The translations under genes were made by a program, and so were the position numbers. The notes under the pieces are model-generated. The model made no database searches. It had not been told where the DNA came from and worked only from the letters and a program-made list of their open reading frames with translations. DNA of 64,000 nt, taken from the NCBI GenBank assembly GCA_965261545.1, contig CBDHDF010000007.1, positions 96,001 through 160,000 of the forward strand, read 5' to 3'. Below are positions 44,589-56,005 of the stretch, piece after piece. The DNA is from Bdellovibrionales bacterium (GTDB taxonomy: Bacteria; Bdellovibrionota; Bdellovibrionia; Bdellovibrionales; UBA1609). The first letter of the stretch is position 1, and every line of letters begins with the position of its first letter.

Positions 44589-46482
44589 GTGCCGCCAAAG
44601 CAAAAAATGAAAGGAGATCAAAAAATGAAAGGAATGAAACCCATAAGGTCCATGAGACCTTTATTGCTTTTGTGGTTATTGTCACTGTTGATGGTTCTGC
44701 CTTCATGTGCCTTTTTGAGCAAAGAGGGCCGAGTGAGCCAAGAGGGCAAAGAGAGCCGAGAGAGTCAAGACAAAGGTCTGAATCAGAACCAGAATCAGAA
44801 TCAGAACCAGAATCATACAAATCCATCAGGGGACTCTTCTGCATCTCTATCTGCATTTTTATCTACATCATCTACATCAAAAGATCGTGCCGCTTCCTAC
44901 AAGGCTGTGGTTCGTAAGCATGAAGAAAAGATGAGGCGAATCACCCTAAAATCAGGAGGCCGACTCCAGTTACCCCATGGATCTGGCTTCCAAGGTCGTT
45001 ATAGTTCCCATGGCGGCCATGGTTCCCACAGCGGACCTCGTGGATCTCGTCCTCATGGTACGAAAAGAGGTGATAGTGATAAGAGGGGTGACAAAAGAAG
45101 GCCCTCTTCTGTGAATCTTGTAGGCCCCGATGGTGATGTGATTTTATTTTATAAAGAGAAAAGCCAACAAGGAGAAGATAAGATTGTGATCCAAGAGTGT
45201 GAAGTGGGTCCTGCTATAGATAAGGTGAGTGATTGCCAGCGGCCCCATGGTGCATTTATAAGAAAAGTCCCTGTGAGTGACTTTAAGCGTCGCCTTCAAT
45301 CCGTGCTAAGAGTTAATAAGCTTCCTACCCTAGGTCCCAAAGAGGCTCGGCAGGTCAAAGCCTATAGAGAGGGCATAGAGGGCATGGAAGCTCCAAGTCA
45401 TGACCTTGTTCGACAAAGAGATGAGGCGCAGGAAAAGGTCTCAGGCATAGAAAAGTTCATAGAGGCCTATGGAGAAGAAAATGCAGGATCTCTTATAAAA
45501 AAATTAGCTACCTTAAGAAAAAACCTTGAGGAACTTGACTCAAAAATTGACAGCAAGCAGGAGTTCGCTGATGCCGTGAGTGCTCTGAACGGAGTCATTG
45601 AAAGCTTGGTGGATGAAGTGATAGGAAGCCCTCGGGTGAACACACGTCTTTATTCAAAAGACAAAACAGGCATTGAATACAGTGTTTTGAGAGCCTATGT
45701 GAGACTAGCATTGTCTCAATATGGTTTTGTCCCCGTGTCTGCAGGTTCTTTTATCATGGGGAGCCCTAAGACTGAAAAAGTTCGAGGTTCGGATGAGACC
45801 CCTCATAAAGTAACAATTTCTAAGCCCTTTGAAATAGGCACCACAGAGGTGACTCAATGGCAGTGGTTTGTTGTGATGGGGACAAATCCTTCAAAATTCC
45901 AAGAAAAAGAGCATTGCCCAGAAAGTTATATGGAACAAGATGGAGTTTCAATGTGCGCCGATCATCCTGTGGAGAGAGTGTCTTGGGAGGACGTCCAAGA
46001 ATTTATAAATGAGTACAATCGCAGGGCGAGAGAGTCCCACGGTGACAAATATGAATACCGTTTGCCTACGGAAGCGGAATGGGAATTTGCAGCCAGGGGT
46101 GGTGCAAAAGCAGGCACAAAAACAGCCTACTCCTTTGGTGACAATCCTTCAGAACTTAAAAACTATGGTTGGCATCAGGGGAACTCTGGATCTGGTAACC
46201 AAAGCCGACAATCAAGGTCCGTGGGATTGCTGAGCTCCAATCCCCTAGGGCTTTATGATGTTCATGGAAATGTGTGGGAGTGGGTCGAAGACTGGTATGA
46301 GAGGGAGTATCCTGAAGGTCCTGTCACAGACCCTAGAGGTCCGAGAAGTGGCTCTTACCGTATTGCGTGGTGGCGGTTGGAGCGGCAACGCTCGCTTCCT
46401 GCGCTCTTCCGATCGTATCAGCGATCGGCCTGATTATCGCTGGAGCGGTATCGGTTTCCGCCTTGTGAGGACGCCTATGTAA
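44589..46482 (+). pseudogene. Lipoprotein with a C-terminal FGE-sulfatase (SUMF1/CLec) domain; 2-nt frameshift near 46360
   Basis: Lipobox-like LPSC, F.MGS, TEVTQ.QW, HPVE.VSW, RLPTEAEWE.AARGG and GLYDVHGNVWEW. VLRGGGW...GFRL lies in another frame. Confidence 0.85.
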
Positions 46483-46695
46483 CCCCTTTGCCCTTTTACA
46501 CTTTTACCCTTTTCCAGGCGAAGCGAAGCGAGCCTCAGCGTGCCAGCCGTCAGGCTGGGCACAAGGCAAGAAGGAAGGAGAGGGAAAGGCTGAGCCCGCG
46601 GAGCGTGGCGAAAGCCACCCCTCTCTCCGTATTTAGTTTTTGTACTTAAGTATTGCCCGGTGATTATTCTGACTGAAAAAATGGAGGAGAGCTTT

Positions 46696-48084
46696 ATGGA
46701 TTTTCGTAGAGAACAGGATAGTATGGGTGAGGTTCAAGTTCCTGCCCATTGTTATTGGGGGGCGCAAACTCAGCGTTCCATACAAAACTTTAAGATTGGT
46801 GGGGATCGTTTTCCCAGGGAAATGATTCGTGCCCTTGGAATATTAAAGAAGGCGGGGGCCCAGGCCAATGCCCAGTTGGGACTCCTCGATGAAAAGAAGC
46901 TGCCGGCCATTGTTCAGGCCGCCTCTGAGGTCATTGAGGGAAAGTGGGATGAGCATTTTCCTTTGGTAGTTTGGCAGACGGGAAGTGGCACTCAGACAAA
47001 TATGAATAGCAATGAAGTGATTGCCAACAGGGCCATTGAGATTCGAGGGGGGCAGTGTGGTGATAAAAGTATTCACCCCAATGATGATGTGAATAAGGCT
47101 CAGTCCTCCAATGATACCTTTCCCACGGCTATGCATATTGCTGTTGGCGAACAACTTTATAAGGTTTTGTTGCCCCAAATGGGCAAGTTGTTTAAGGCTT
47201 TGAGTGAGAAGTCCATGGAATTTAAAGAGATTGTTAAAATTGGGAGAACTCATTTGATGGATGCGACTCCTTTGACCTTGGGGCAAGAGTTTTCTGGTTA
47301 TACCACTCAAGTGGAGCAAGGCATGATTCGAGTCAAGGGAGTTCTTCCAAGGGTTTATCCTCTGGCTCTTGGTGGAACAGCTGTGGGGACGGGTTTAAAT
47401 ACCCATGTTGAGTTTTCAAATATGGCTGTAGGTTTTATTGCTCGCGAGACAGAACTTCCCTTCGTGAGTGCCGAGAATAAGTTTGAGGCTTTGGCAAGTC
47501 ACGATGCTTTGGTGGAGGTGAGTGGTGTTTTAAAGGTGATTGCTTGTAGTTTAATGAAAATTGCCAACGATATTCGTCTTATGGGAAGCGGACCTCGTTG
47601 TGGTATTGGGGAGTTGATCTTGCCAGCCAATGAGCCGGGGAGTTCAATTATGCCAGGAAAGGTCAACCCCACTCAATGTGAGGCTATGACCATGGTTTGT
47701 GCCCAAGTGATAGGGAATGATATGGCTGTCAGTGTGGGGGGGGCCAATGGTCATTTTGAACTCAATGTTTTTAAACCCATGATGGTTTTTAATGTTCTTA
47801 ATTCCATTCGTTTAATAAGTGACGCCTGTGAGTCTTTTACAAATCATTGCATTGTAGGTCTCCAAGCCAACGAGCCTCGAATTCGCGAACACCTTGAGAA
47901 TTCTCTGATGCTTGTGACGGCTTTAAATCCTCATATTGGATATGACAATGCGGCTAAAATTGCAAAACAGGCTTATGAGAAGGGCACCACTTTGAAAGAG
48001 GAGGCCATCGACCTTGGACTTCTCACGGCGGAGGAATTTGACGAAAAAGTTTGCCCAGAGAAGATGGTAAGTCCCTTTGGATAG
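46696..48084 (+). CDS. fumC: Fumarate hydratase class II
   Basis: [23 protein letters not shown] and [15 protein letters not shown]. An RBS favours the ATG at 46696. Confidence 0.97.
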   Translation: MDFRREQDSMGEVQVPAHCYWGAQTQRSIQNFKIGGDRFPREMIRALGILKKAGAQANAQLGLLDEKKLPAIVQAASEVIEGKWDEHFPLVVWQTGSGTQTNMNSNEVIANRAIEIRGGQCGDKSIHPNDDVNKAQSSNDTFPTAMHIAVGEQLYKVLLPQMGKLFKALSEKSMEFKEIVKIGRTHLMDATPLTLGQEFSGYTTQVEQGMIRVKGVLPRVYPLALGGTAVGTGLNTHVEFSNMAVGFIARETELPFVSAENKFEALASHDALVEVSGVLKVIACSLMKIANDIRLMGSGPRCGIGELILPANEPGSSIMPGKVNPTQCEAMTMVCAQVIGNDMAVSVGGANGHFELNVFKPMMVFNVLNSIRLISDACESFTNHCIVGLQANEPRIREHLENSLMLVTALNPHIGYDNAAKIAKQAYEKGTTLKEEAIDLGLLTAEEFDEKVCPEKMVSPFG

Positions 48085-48118
48085 TTCAGATAGTTCAATA
48101 AGGAACAACAATTTAAAA

Positions 48119-48982
48119 ATGAAGCACAACTATTTACATAAGATAGACTGGCTGGATGGGGAGAAAGTTCGGCCTTATGTATTTTTTCGTCAAGGAAACG
48201 AAGTGAAAGACCCTGGAAGTCGCTTTCATTGTGACTGGTTTCCCTTTGAACCCATGGGTTTGGATTCTCTAAAGATAAGTAGCCTTGATTTCTCCGAACA
48301 TATTCTCAATATGGAGCATAGAGCCTTTCGTAGCTCTCAAATGCCCATACCCCGGTGGGCCTTTTATGATTGTGCATTGATGCCGGGTTTTGTTTCGGGC
48401 TTTGCCCATAGAACCTCTATGTTATCCAAGGAATGGATAGAAGCCTTGGGAAATCGTTCTCAGATTGAGTGGACTCCCATTTCTCTTTTTATCATTATCC
48501 CCACCATGGGTGAGGGAGAGTGGATGGCTCATAATCTTTGCTCTATGAATACTTTGATAAAGAAAGAAAGCCGTTACTATGGGTTGGGATTTTTAACCAA
48601 GGCTTTTGGTCTTTGGTATGCCAATGTTGAAACCTGTTGTGGTGTGACTCAGTGGACTAGCCCCGCTCTTCGTCTCCATGCCCACTATGGAGATATGGAA
48701 ATTTTATCATCTTACACTCTAGTTCACGATTACGCTCATACCTTGACTTATCGCTTGAAGGTGAATGCAAACTATTGGGAGTCTTTTTTTACTGGCCAAT
48801 TTCATTCAGGTTTTACCAGAAAGTATCATAAACAGAATTTTGATCTAAACCATCAATCAGCGTCGAGTTTGATGAATCTTCAAGAAAAGATTGAGATGGG
48901 TGAGGGGCCTTTTTATCTCCATGCTTCAGACATGAGTCGCCATAAATTGGAGGGAGCACTCCCCCTTTATCAAATGGCATGA
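48119..48982 (+). CDS. Hypothetical protein
   Basis: Long ORF directly after fumC; no family confidently recognised and start uncertain. Confidence 0.6.
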   Translation: MKHNYLHKIDWLDGEKVRPYVFFRQGNEVKDPGSRFHCDWFPFEPMGLDSLKISSLDFSEHILNMEHRAFRSSQMPIPRWAFYDCALMPGFVSGFAHRTSMLSKEWIEALGNRSQIEWTPISLFIIIPTMGEGEWMAHNLCSMNTLIKKESRYYGLGFLTKAFGLWYANVETCCGVTQWTSPALRLHAHYGDMEILSSYTLVHDYAHTLTYRLKVNANYWESFFTGQFHSGFTRKYHKQNFDLNHQSASSLMNLQEKIEMGEGPFYLHASDMSRHKLEGALPLYQMA

Positions 48983-48991
48983 AAAAAAGCC

Positions 48992-50530
48992 CTATTGTGA
49001 TTGTTCAGGTTGTAATTTCTTCTTAGAAGTGGAATCGAATTTTTTGTGGAAAAGAAATTTGGAAGGTACAGCCTTCCAATTACCAGTGTTTAGAGAAATT
49101 CTATAGTCAGTAGGACATCCACCACGGCCTGTTCCTGCCACACGGTACAGCAAAGCCATCGCAAGATGAAATCTAGGACCCTGAAAATAATGAATTTCAA
49201 TACTTTTATTTTCAGAAGGTGCAAATACATAAGGCTGAGAGGTACAGCGCCACCTCGGAGAATGAAGAGAGTCATCTTGGAGAATAGTCTTTCCGTCGAG
49301 AATAACTCTCATTCCATCGTCAGAGACCATGGCAAACTCATAGGACTTTGATTTTGATCCATTGTTGGGCATAATAAATCCTGAAATACGCAATGAGAAC
49401 CACTCATAGAGTGTATCACCATTTAGGTCTTTAATAAGGGTTCCATCATTGGTTTGAAATCCGTCTTCAAAATATAGAAAAGGGGTATTGACTTGATTCA
49501 AATGGATAAGAGTTGGAATTCTCGTGCCATGTTTCAAATAGCCATCGAGTTTCTTATTATATTTGGTTTGAGAAGAATTCAGGTAATATATATATCCAGC
49601 AAGTCCGTTGGATGAAGTGGAGCATTGTGAATTTTTAAATGGATTACAGATAATTTCCACGGTGTTTACGTTCCAAGAATGACTTTTTTTGCTGGTATCG
49701 CCATTGTTATCAACAGCTACGACATGAAAACTATGTGTTCCAACACGAAGATTTGTTAGAGTTTCTGAGTGGGATGCTTGGCAGCTCCTAGGCTCTTCGT
49801 CATTCAATTGACATGTCACTGAACTCACGCCATCTGAATCTGTCACCAGTAGGCTGATAAGGGCGTCTTTATTTTCTGCATGATCTATAGGAGCTTGATT
49901 AAAATTAATGATAGGACCTTCTCCCGGAGTTTTTTTAAGTACGGGCTCTGGAGGAGGCTCTTTTTTTGGTGGACTTGCAGGTGCGGGCTCTGGAGGAGGC
50001 TCTTTTTTTGGTGGACTTGCAGGTGCGGGCTCTGGAGGAGGCTCTTTTTCTGGTGGACTTGCAGGTGCGGGCTCTGGAGGAGGCTCTTTTTCTGGTGGAC
50101 TTGCAGGTGCGGGCTCTTGAGGAGGCTCTTTTTCTGGTGGGCTTGCAGGTGCGAGTTCTTGAGGAGGCTCTTTTTCTGGCGGACTTGCAGGTGCGGGCTC
50201 TGGAGGAGGCTCTTTTTCTGGTGGACTTGCAGGCGCGGGCTCTGGAGAAGGCTCTTTTTCTGGTGGACTTGCAGGTGCGGGCTCTGGAGAAGGCTCTTTT
50301 TCTGGTGGACTTGCAGGTGCGGGTTCTGGAGGAGGTTCTTTTTCTGGTGGGCTTGGTGCAGGTTCTATTTTGGGAGGATCCAATTGCGTTGTCACAATGG
50401 GGTTTGGATTCAAGGGTTGTTGGGCCTCTTGCTCAGAACTTGGTTTGATGAACGCGCTTCTTTGTTCAAGGCAACCCACTAAAAAAAACAAAGATATTAA
50501 GAGTGTCAGTAGTGAAAAAGAAATTCTCAT
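48992..50530 (-). CDS. Lipoprotein with Pro-rich repeat stalk, Ig-like domain and PA14 domain
   Basis: Lipobox LVGC after MRISF, ~10 PEPAPASPPEKEP repeats, and PA14 motifs EWF, SDDG and IEIHYFQGP. Confidence 0.85.
   Translation of the reverse strand: MRISFSLLTLLISLFFLVGCLEQRSAFIKPSSEQEAQQPLNPNPIVTTQLDPPKIEPAPSPPEKEPPPEPAPASPPEKEPSPEPAPASPPEKEPSPEPAPASPPEKEPPPEPAPASPPEKEPPQELAPASPPEKEPPQEPAPASPPEKEPPPEPAPASPPEKEPPPEPAPASPPKKEPPPEPAPASPPKKEPPPEPVLKKTPGEGPIINFNQAPIDHAENKDALISLLVTDSDGVSSVTCQLNDEEPRSCQASHSETLTNLRVGTHSFHVVAVDNNGDTSKKSHSWNVNTVEIICNPFKNSQCSTSSNGLAGYIYYLNSSQTKYNKKLDGYLKHGTRIPTLIHLNQVNTPFLYFEDGFQTNDGTLIKDLNGDTLYEWFSLRISGFIMPNNGSKSKSYEFAMVSDDGMRVILDGKTILQDDSLHSPRWRCTSQPYVFAPSENKSIEIHYFQGPRFHLAMALLYRVAGTGRGGCPTDYRISLNTGNWKAVPSKFLFHKKFDSTSKKKLQPEQSQ
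49942..50362. repeat. 39-bp in-frame tandem repeat (~10 units)
   Basis: Unit gggctctggaggaggctctttttctggtggacttgcaggtgc-like. Confidence 0.9.
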
Positions 50531-50771
50531 TGTATCTCCAATTATTTTTCTTATAAATGAACCAACTTGGAGATACATGCAGTATATTTTACACATTGAA
50601 ATAAATTTCTTATTCTCTTGATCGGGAATATAAAAATAAACTTTAATATTAATTGGAAAATGTTGTACTTTAACGAGACATTCGCCAATTGTTGTTGGGT
50701 CCACTATTACATCTCTTTAAAATTATAACAATGATATGATATAGGACTTTTTTATGGTGGAGGGAGAGCGA

Positions 50772-50915
50772 ATGAGTGCAGGTTGGCAGTTTGGAATCGA
50801 CCGGGGGGGGCCTTTACCGATATTGTGGCGCGCAGGCCGGATGGTGGCTATGTGATTCGTAAGATGCTTTCCGACGCTCCGGAGGACGAAGACGATGCTG
50901 CACTCCAGGGCAGTG
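50772..50915 (+). pseudogene. 5' fragment of a 5-oxoprolinase/hydantoinase gene
   Basis: MSAGWQFGIDRGG/FTDIVARRPDG...KMLS...DAALQG, frameshifted in a G8 run. GC-rich compared with its surroundings. Confidence 0.75.
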
Positions 50916-52529
50916 ACTCCCCGGACACAATGGCAAACTTTTGGATGTTGGCACAACGTGTCGAACCACAATTTCATTTGTCTTAATGTTCAGCTCAACC
51001 TCCTTTACCAGTAGCCTTACAATCTCCTTTTTTTGCTCAAAACTCAATACCTTTAAGTTGGCACTCACTTTTTTTTGGAATTCTTGGAGTTGATCTACAA
51101 GCTGTAATTGTTGTCCTTCTTGCCTTTGCTCATACTCTAAAGATTGCTTTTCATTTTCAAGTTGCTTTATTTTGCCTCTTATTTTTTTTAATCGTGACTC
51201 TATTTCTGATAGATTTAGAGTTCCATTTTGATAAAGATCCAAGAGACGTTCCTTTTCATGTGTTATTTGACGAATCTCCTGAGCCTTTTTTGCAATTAAT
51301 TTTTCCAATGATTGTTGTTGGCCTTTTTGCTCATGAATTCTATTTGTATACTCATCTATAACTGCCTGAGGATTTTCAAGTAATTTAACTGTTTGTTCCC
51401 AAACTAAGTCATCTAAAACTTCAACTCTTACGGGATGAGATGAGCAAACTCTACCTTTAGCTGGCCATCTATGACCATCTTGTCCCATACAGCGATAATA
51501 ACAACGCTTATACCTTGAATTAGAAGCGGGTTTGCCATAGATCGAATAACCACACTCTTTGCATCGTAAAAGACCACTTAACAAATACTCATATTTTTTA
51601 TTATTCCGAGGGGAAAGTTTTTTGTTAGTTTCCAATTGACTGGATGCATCTTGAAAAGTTTTTGAAGAAATTATAGATGGAACGGGAATATATATCCAAT
51701 CCTTTTTATTTCGATCGGAAGAGCTTGATTTAGGATTTTTTGGATAAAAATTATTGTCTCTTGCTAACTTGGTTGGACGCAACCTTTCTACCTGGATAGT
51801 CTTTCTAAAAGCAGCTTGTCCATAATAAGCGGGGTTTTTAAGCATACACCAAACAGTTGAACGCTCCCAAATACCTTGTTGTTTTTTAGTAGGCACCCCC
51901 CTTATATTTAATTCCTTTGCAATTGCTCTAATACTTAGTTTGTTTCGGCAATACATTTGAAAAACATCTTTAACAACTTTAGACTCTTCTGGATGGACCT
52001 CATATCGTGCGTCAGCGGAGTCTGCTTTCGGAATATATATATAACCATAGGGAGCTCCACATAAAACGCTAACAAAGCCCTTAGAAGCCTTTTGAAGTTT
52101 ACCCCTTCGACTTCTTTCCATAATTTTTTCTCTTTCATATTCTGAAATGACTCCTTGTATTTGTAGCAAAAGCTGATCTTCGGGTGAATTTGTAATATCT
52201 CTATTAGAAAAAATAATTTCAACACCTAGCCTCTGAAATTCTTCAATTAGAATCAATTGATGGGCATATTTACGAGCTAATCTGTCTGGACATAACACAA
52301 GTACCTTTGTAACCTCCCCAGAAAAAGCTTTGTCGCGAAGGGAGTCTAAAGCAGGACGAACAAGGGTGGCACCACTCACACCATTATCCGTAAATATAAG
52401 ATCCTCCTCTACACAAAAGCTGTGTTCCTTAGCGAAATCGTGAAGACTAGAAATCTGTGAATCAATGGTTCCCTCTTGAGCTTGTTTATCTGAGGACACT
52501 CGACAATAAAGAGCTACTGATGTTTCCAT
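50814..52529 (-). CDS. Large serine recombinase (resolvase + recombinase + Zn-ribbon + coiled coil)
   Basis: YCRVSS..Q, D.GVSG..L.RPAL, DRLAR, EYERE.I.ER..RGK, PYGY, LLSGLLRC..CG and YYRC. Confidence 0.95.
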   Translation of the reverse strand: METSVALYCRVSSDKQAQEGTIDSQISSLHDFAKEHSFCVEEDLIFTDNGVSGATLVRPALDSLRDKAFSGEVTKVLVLCPDRLARKYAHQLILIEEFQRLGVEIIFSNRDITNSPEDQLLLQIQGVISEYEREKIMERSRRGKLQKASKGFVSVLCGAPYGYIYIPKADSADARYEVHPEESKVVKDVFQMYCRNKLSIRAIAKELNIRGVPTKKQQGIWERSTVWCMLKNPAYYGQAAFRKTIQVERLRPTKLARDNNFYPKNPKSSSSDRNKKDWIYIPVPSIISSKTFQDASSQLETNKKLSPRNNKKYEYLLSGLLRCKECGYSIYGKPASNSRYKRCYYRCMGQDGHRWPAKGRVCSSHPVRVEVLDDLVWEQTVKLLENPQAVIDEYTNRIHEQKGQQQSLEKLIAKKAQEIRQITHEKERLLDLYQNGTLNLSEIESRLKKIRGKIKQLENEKQSLEYEQRQEGQQLQLVDQLQEFQKKVSANLKVLSFEQKKEIVRLLVKEVELNIKTNEIVVRHVVPTSKSLPLCPGSHCPGVQHRLRPPERRKASYESHSHHPACAPQYR

Positions 52530-52571
52530 TTTTAACCTCCATTATTTTCTGTTGTTTTACTTTCTGCTTTA

Positions 52572-54112
52572 GTAACTGCTCGCACCTTACATAGGAATTT
52601 CTCCCTTGAGAGCCATATTGATGGCCTCTAAGGAAGAGAACCCCTTGTTTCTCATAGTCTTGACATAACTGGTAATCCGACAAAAGTGCTTTGCCATTTT
52701 TGCTGTCCTGAAGCAACCTGATACTTTCTTTTTCACCTTATTCATTCTCAAGTCTCGCTCGGCTCTGTTGTTGGTTGGGTCCACCTCTTTCACTTTGGCA
52801 AAGAGAAGGATTTCTGCTTCATATTTTTTAAAGCGGAGCCAAAGATTTTGAGCATCTGTATGTTTCACTCGTCCTTTTTTACCATTCTTCTCTGGAAAGG
52901 GAGGAAGCTCCTTTAAAGCCCTTGTGAGAATATTCCTATACCTCCTCTGAAGAGTTTGATACTCCTTTCGAGTCAATATCTTAGATTTTCTTTTTTGGAC
53001 CAATTCAACAGCTTCCTGAAGAAGTTTTTTCAGATTGGTGGCCCATTTCGAACCAGAGCTATCCTCCACAAATTTCAATTCCCTAAGAAGATGGGCAACG
53101 CACAGAGCATGAAGCATATCTGTATAAGAAAAATAGGGACTCCAACAGTCATGTACCAAGATACCTCCATACCTGTCCAATATGCCAATATCTTTGATGG
53201 CATCTTTTCCACGGGAAGGATGGATGAACTGCAATGTAAGATCACCACAGCTATAAGTATGAATCCAGTAGTTCTTCTTATTGACTCTCATGGAGGTTTC
53301 GTCAACATGAATGACCACAGACTCAAGGATTTGTTGTTTTGCCCATTGTTCCCACTCTTGAAGAGATTCGCTCAGTTGAGAAATATACTTCAACATGGTT
53401 GAGGGTGAGATAAAGCGGCCAACGAGACCCTTGTAGTGTTCACCAACACGCTGGAGAGACATCATTTGAATGACAATAAAATTAATAATTGAGGCCCTAA
53501 TTCCAATACCATATTGGATCGGTCCATCTATGCCCTCTGGGAATGGGCCTTTGTTTTCTGTACCACATTCATGGCACTCTTTGATTTCAGAGGTGACAGT
53601 GTGGGTGTTTATCTCATAGAGAATATCAATTTTTTTACGCTCTTCGGAGCCTTTCATCTCAGTTTCCTTCAAATCGGCCCCACATTTAGAGCAATTTGAT
53701 GGAGACACTGTTTCCTTGCTCTCTGTGTCCTTACTGTTATCGAGCCTTGATCCTTTCTTGCTGTCTTCCTCAGCCCCTTCCTTATTACGGTTCCCATTGC
53801 TACCAGAGTTCTGAGAAGGGGGCAGCCCACTATTGCTGGAGTTTTTACGAGTCTTTTTTTCCAAAAATAAAGTCACTACAACTGTGAGAATGGTCAGCAT
53901 GGACTGAATAAATAGTTTAGTCTCTCGTGGGATACTCTTGTCAGAAAGAATCTTCTTAGATTCCTTCTGGAGGTTTTCAATTTCGCTTCGTAAGGATTGT
54001 TTTCTTGTATTCACGAAAGAATTATTAAATGGGGAGGCTTGAGAATCAATACTTTAGTATAAAAATGGTCTTTAGGCTAAAAGTCTGGTGTAGAAGGGGT
54101 GCGAGCAGTTAC
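52572..54112 (-). mobile_element. Second, distinct IS66-family element; transposase 52587..54014
   Basis: IR gtaactgctcgcacc and an 8-bp TSD ctgcttta. Motifs NSSNSGLPPS, HVDET, CVAHLLREL and TNNRAERDLR. Confidence 0.93.
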
Positions 54113-54295
54113 CTGCTTTAATTGTTTCTTTATTTTTGGAACAACAACTTCGTATGTCTGTTGAACCCGTGTGGCTTGGTCGCTTTGATAGACACTTTTT
54201 AACTGAGCTGTCCATGGATTTTGATGTTTTGTTTGGTGGGCCATTATCATTCCTTTGACTATGGTTCGAAGCTAAATGGGAAGAATCCTCAGGTG

Positions 54296-55712
54296 CAATG
54301 CCGTTTCCTTAAGCCACCACACCCCTCTGCCTCTGCGTTAAGCTATTTCTTTTAAAAGAACTCCCAGCGCTTTTGATAGACCTTTCATAGCTTCTTTTGA
54401 AGTGCCTCCTCTTCTCCATTGAAATCTTCATCAGCAACTTTATCTGCTTCCTAAATTTCTGATAGAGCCCCGCAACAAAAAGAGGGATGCTATCCATTAT
54501 GAAATCAAGAATCAGTTTAAAGTTAGGTTTTTTGTAGTCATTTTTTACCAACTGATTCACACTGTCTTCATCCTCATTTATGCTCATTTGAATCTTTGTA
54601 TAATTGAAGAGCCAAAAATAAGAATACAGCTCTTGCAATATTCCATTAAGGCTTGTTGAGTGCCACTGCTCCATTTTCATTGTCGATGTAAAATCACGAA
54701 ATGTCGTTTCTATTTCCCAACGACGAGAGTAAAGAGCAACCATATCCTTCTTGTCCAAGGAGCCATGCGGAAGATTAGTGGCCAAAACAGAGAACTCCCC
54801 AGTCTTTGGGTTTTTATACTTATAGAGATGAATGACCACCCCCTCAATAACCATTTGTGAATACCAACCTGGGCCATTAAATAAATTTACGATGGGGATA
54901 AAAGTAGAGCCTCGCTTACAACACGCAATAAAGAAGTTACTGGCTTGAGCATGGGCCTTAATAATCTCTGTAGATAAATAAAGCCTATCGTAGAGAGTTA
55001 TGCTATTACTCTCAAAACTACCTATCATTTGAATAGCATTGGCGATTTCGTTGAGAGCGGGAGAAAAGCAAAGATTCTTTGTCACACCCGATAAAACGTC
55101 ATAAGCATGAGATAGATACATACGTAAGAAATGAGTTTCCATCTCATTTGGGCAAGGGTACCCACAATAACCCTCCTTTAAAAGATCTTTAGAGCGAGGA
55201 AGTGCTAATTGGTCGCCATCTATGGCATAGATATAAAAACCATGAAACGTTTTTCTCAATGGTTCGTAGTCTGTAATCAGAGATTCAAAGATATCTTTGA
55301 AAAATAGGTAAGAAATACTTTGACGTATCTTGCTGAGACTGCTTTTGACTGGCATGAGAAGCAGGTCACCAAAATGAGTCCATACCGTCTTAAGAGCGAT
55401 TTGGTAGCCTTCGTAATTTGTTCCTGAAATAAGATAGATAATGGTAAAAAAGAAAATTTGAGGATTAAATTTTCGATTCCTTTTTTGTTTTTCTGGATCG
55501 ACAAGGTGCTCTGGCTTGAAGGAAGAATCAAGTTTTGGTAGAATAAAATGGTCATCTGTGACGCGAACTCGTCATTTGGGGGCTTTCGAGATCAATATTG
55601 GATTGCATGTGACTTACTCCTTGGTTGAGGGTTGGGTGTAAAATAAAACAAGTCTTATTCTTGTCGATTTATCTAATGATTTCAAGAGATTTTTCTTAAG
55701 GAAACGGCATTG
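54296..55712 (-). mobile_element. IS4-family copy 6
   Basis: IRs intact; 11-bp TSD atcctcaggtg. Confidence 0.95.
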
Positions 55713-56005
55713 ATCCTCAGGTGGATGCCAACGATAGCGAGCATATTTACGACCAATTGCATAAAGTGAATGATTATATATATTTATGGAAATTTCAATG
55801 GAAAAGTTGTCTATTGTGTCCGGGGAGTTTGTCAGCCCCGTCCTTTCGAATATCTTTGCACACTACGCCTTTGACATTTGGTTCAAAGGTGCAGTCAAGA
55901 AGTACACGAGAGGACAAGTGGAAATGTATCGCTACTGCGATGACATCATATTCTGCTGTGAACTTCAGGAGGATGCTGAGAAGGTTTACAGATCACTCCA
56001 AGGAC

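Larger units (their letters stand above)
50916..55828 (-). mobile_element. Minimal large-serine-recombinase element (~1.94 kb without nested IS66 and IS4)
   Basis: Terminal IR actccccggacacaat (16 bp perfect, ~27 bp imperfect) enclosing an LSR gene and a small upstream ORF. Confidence 0.8.
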
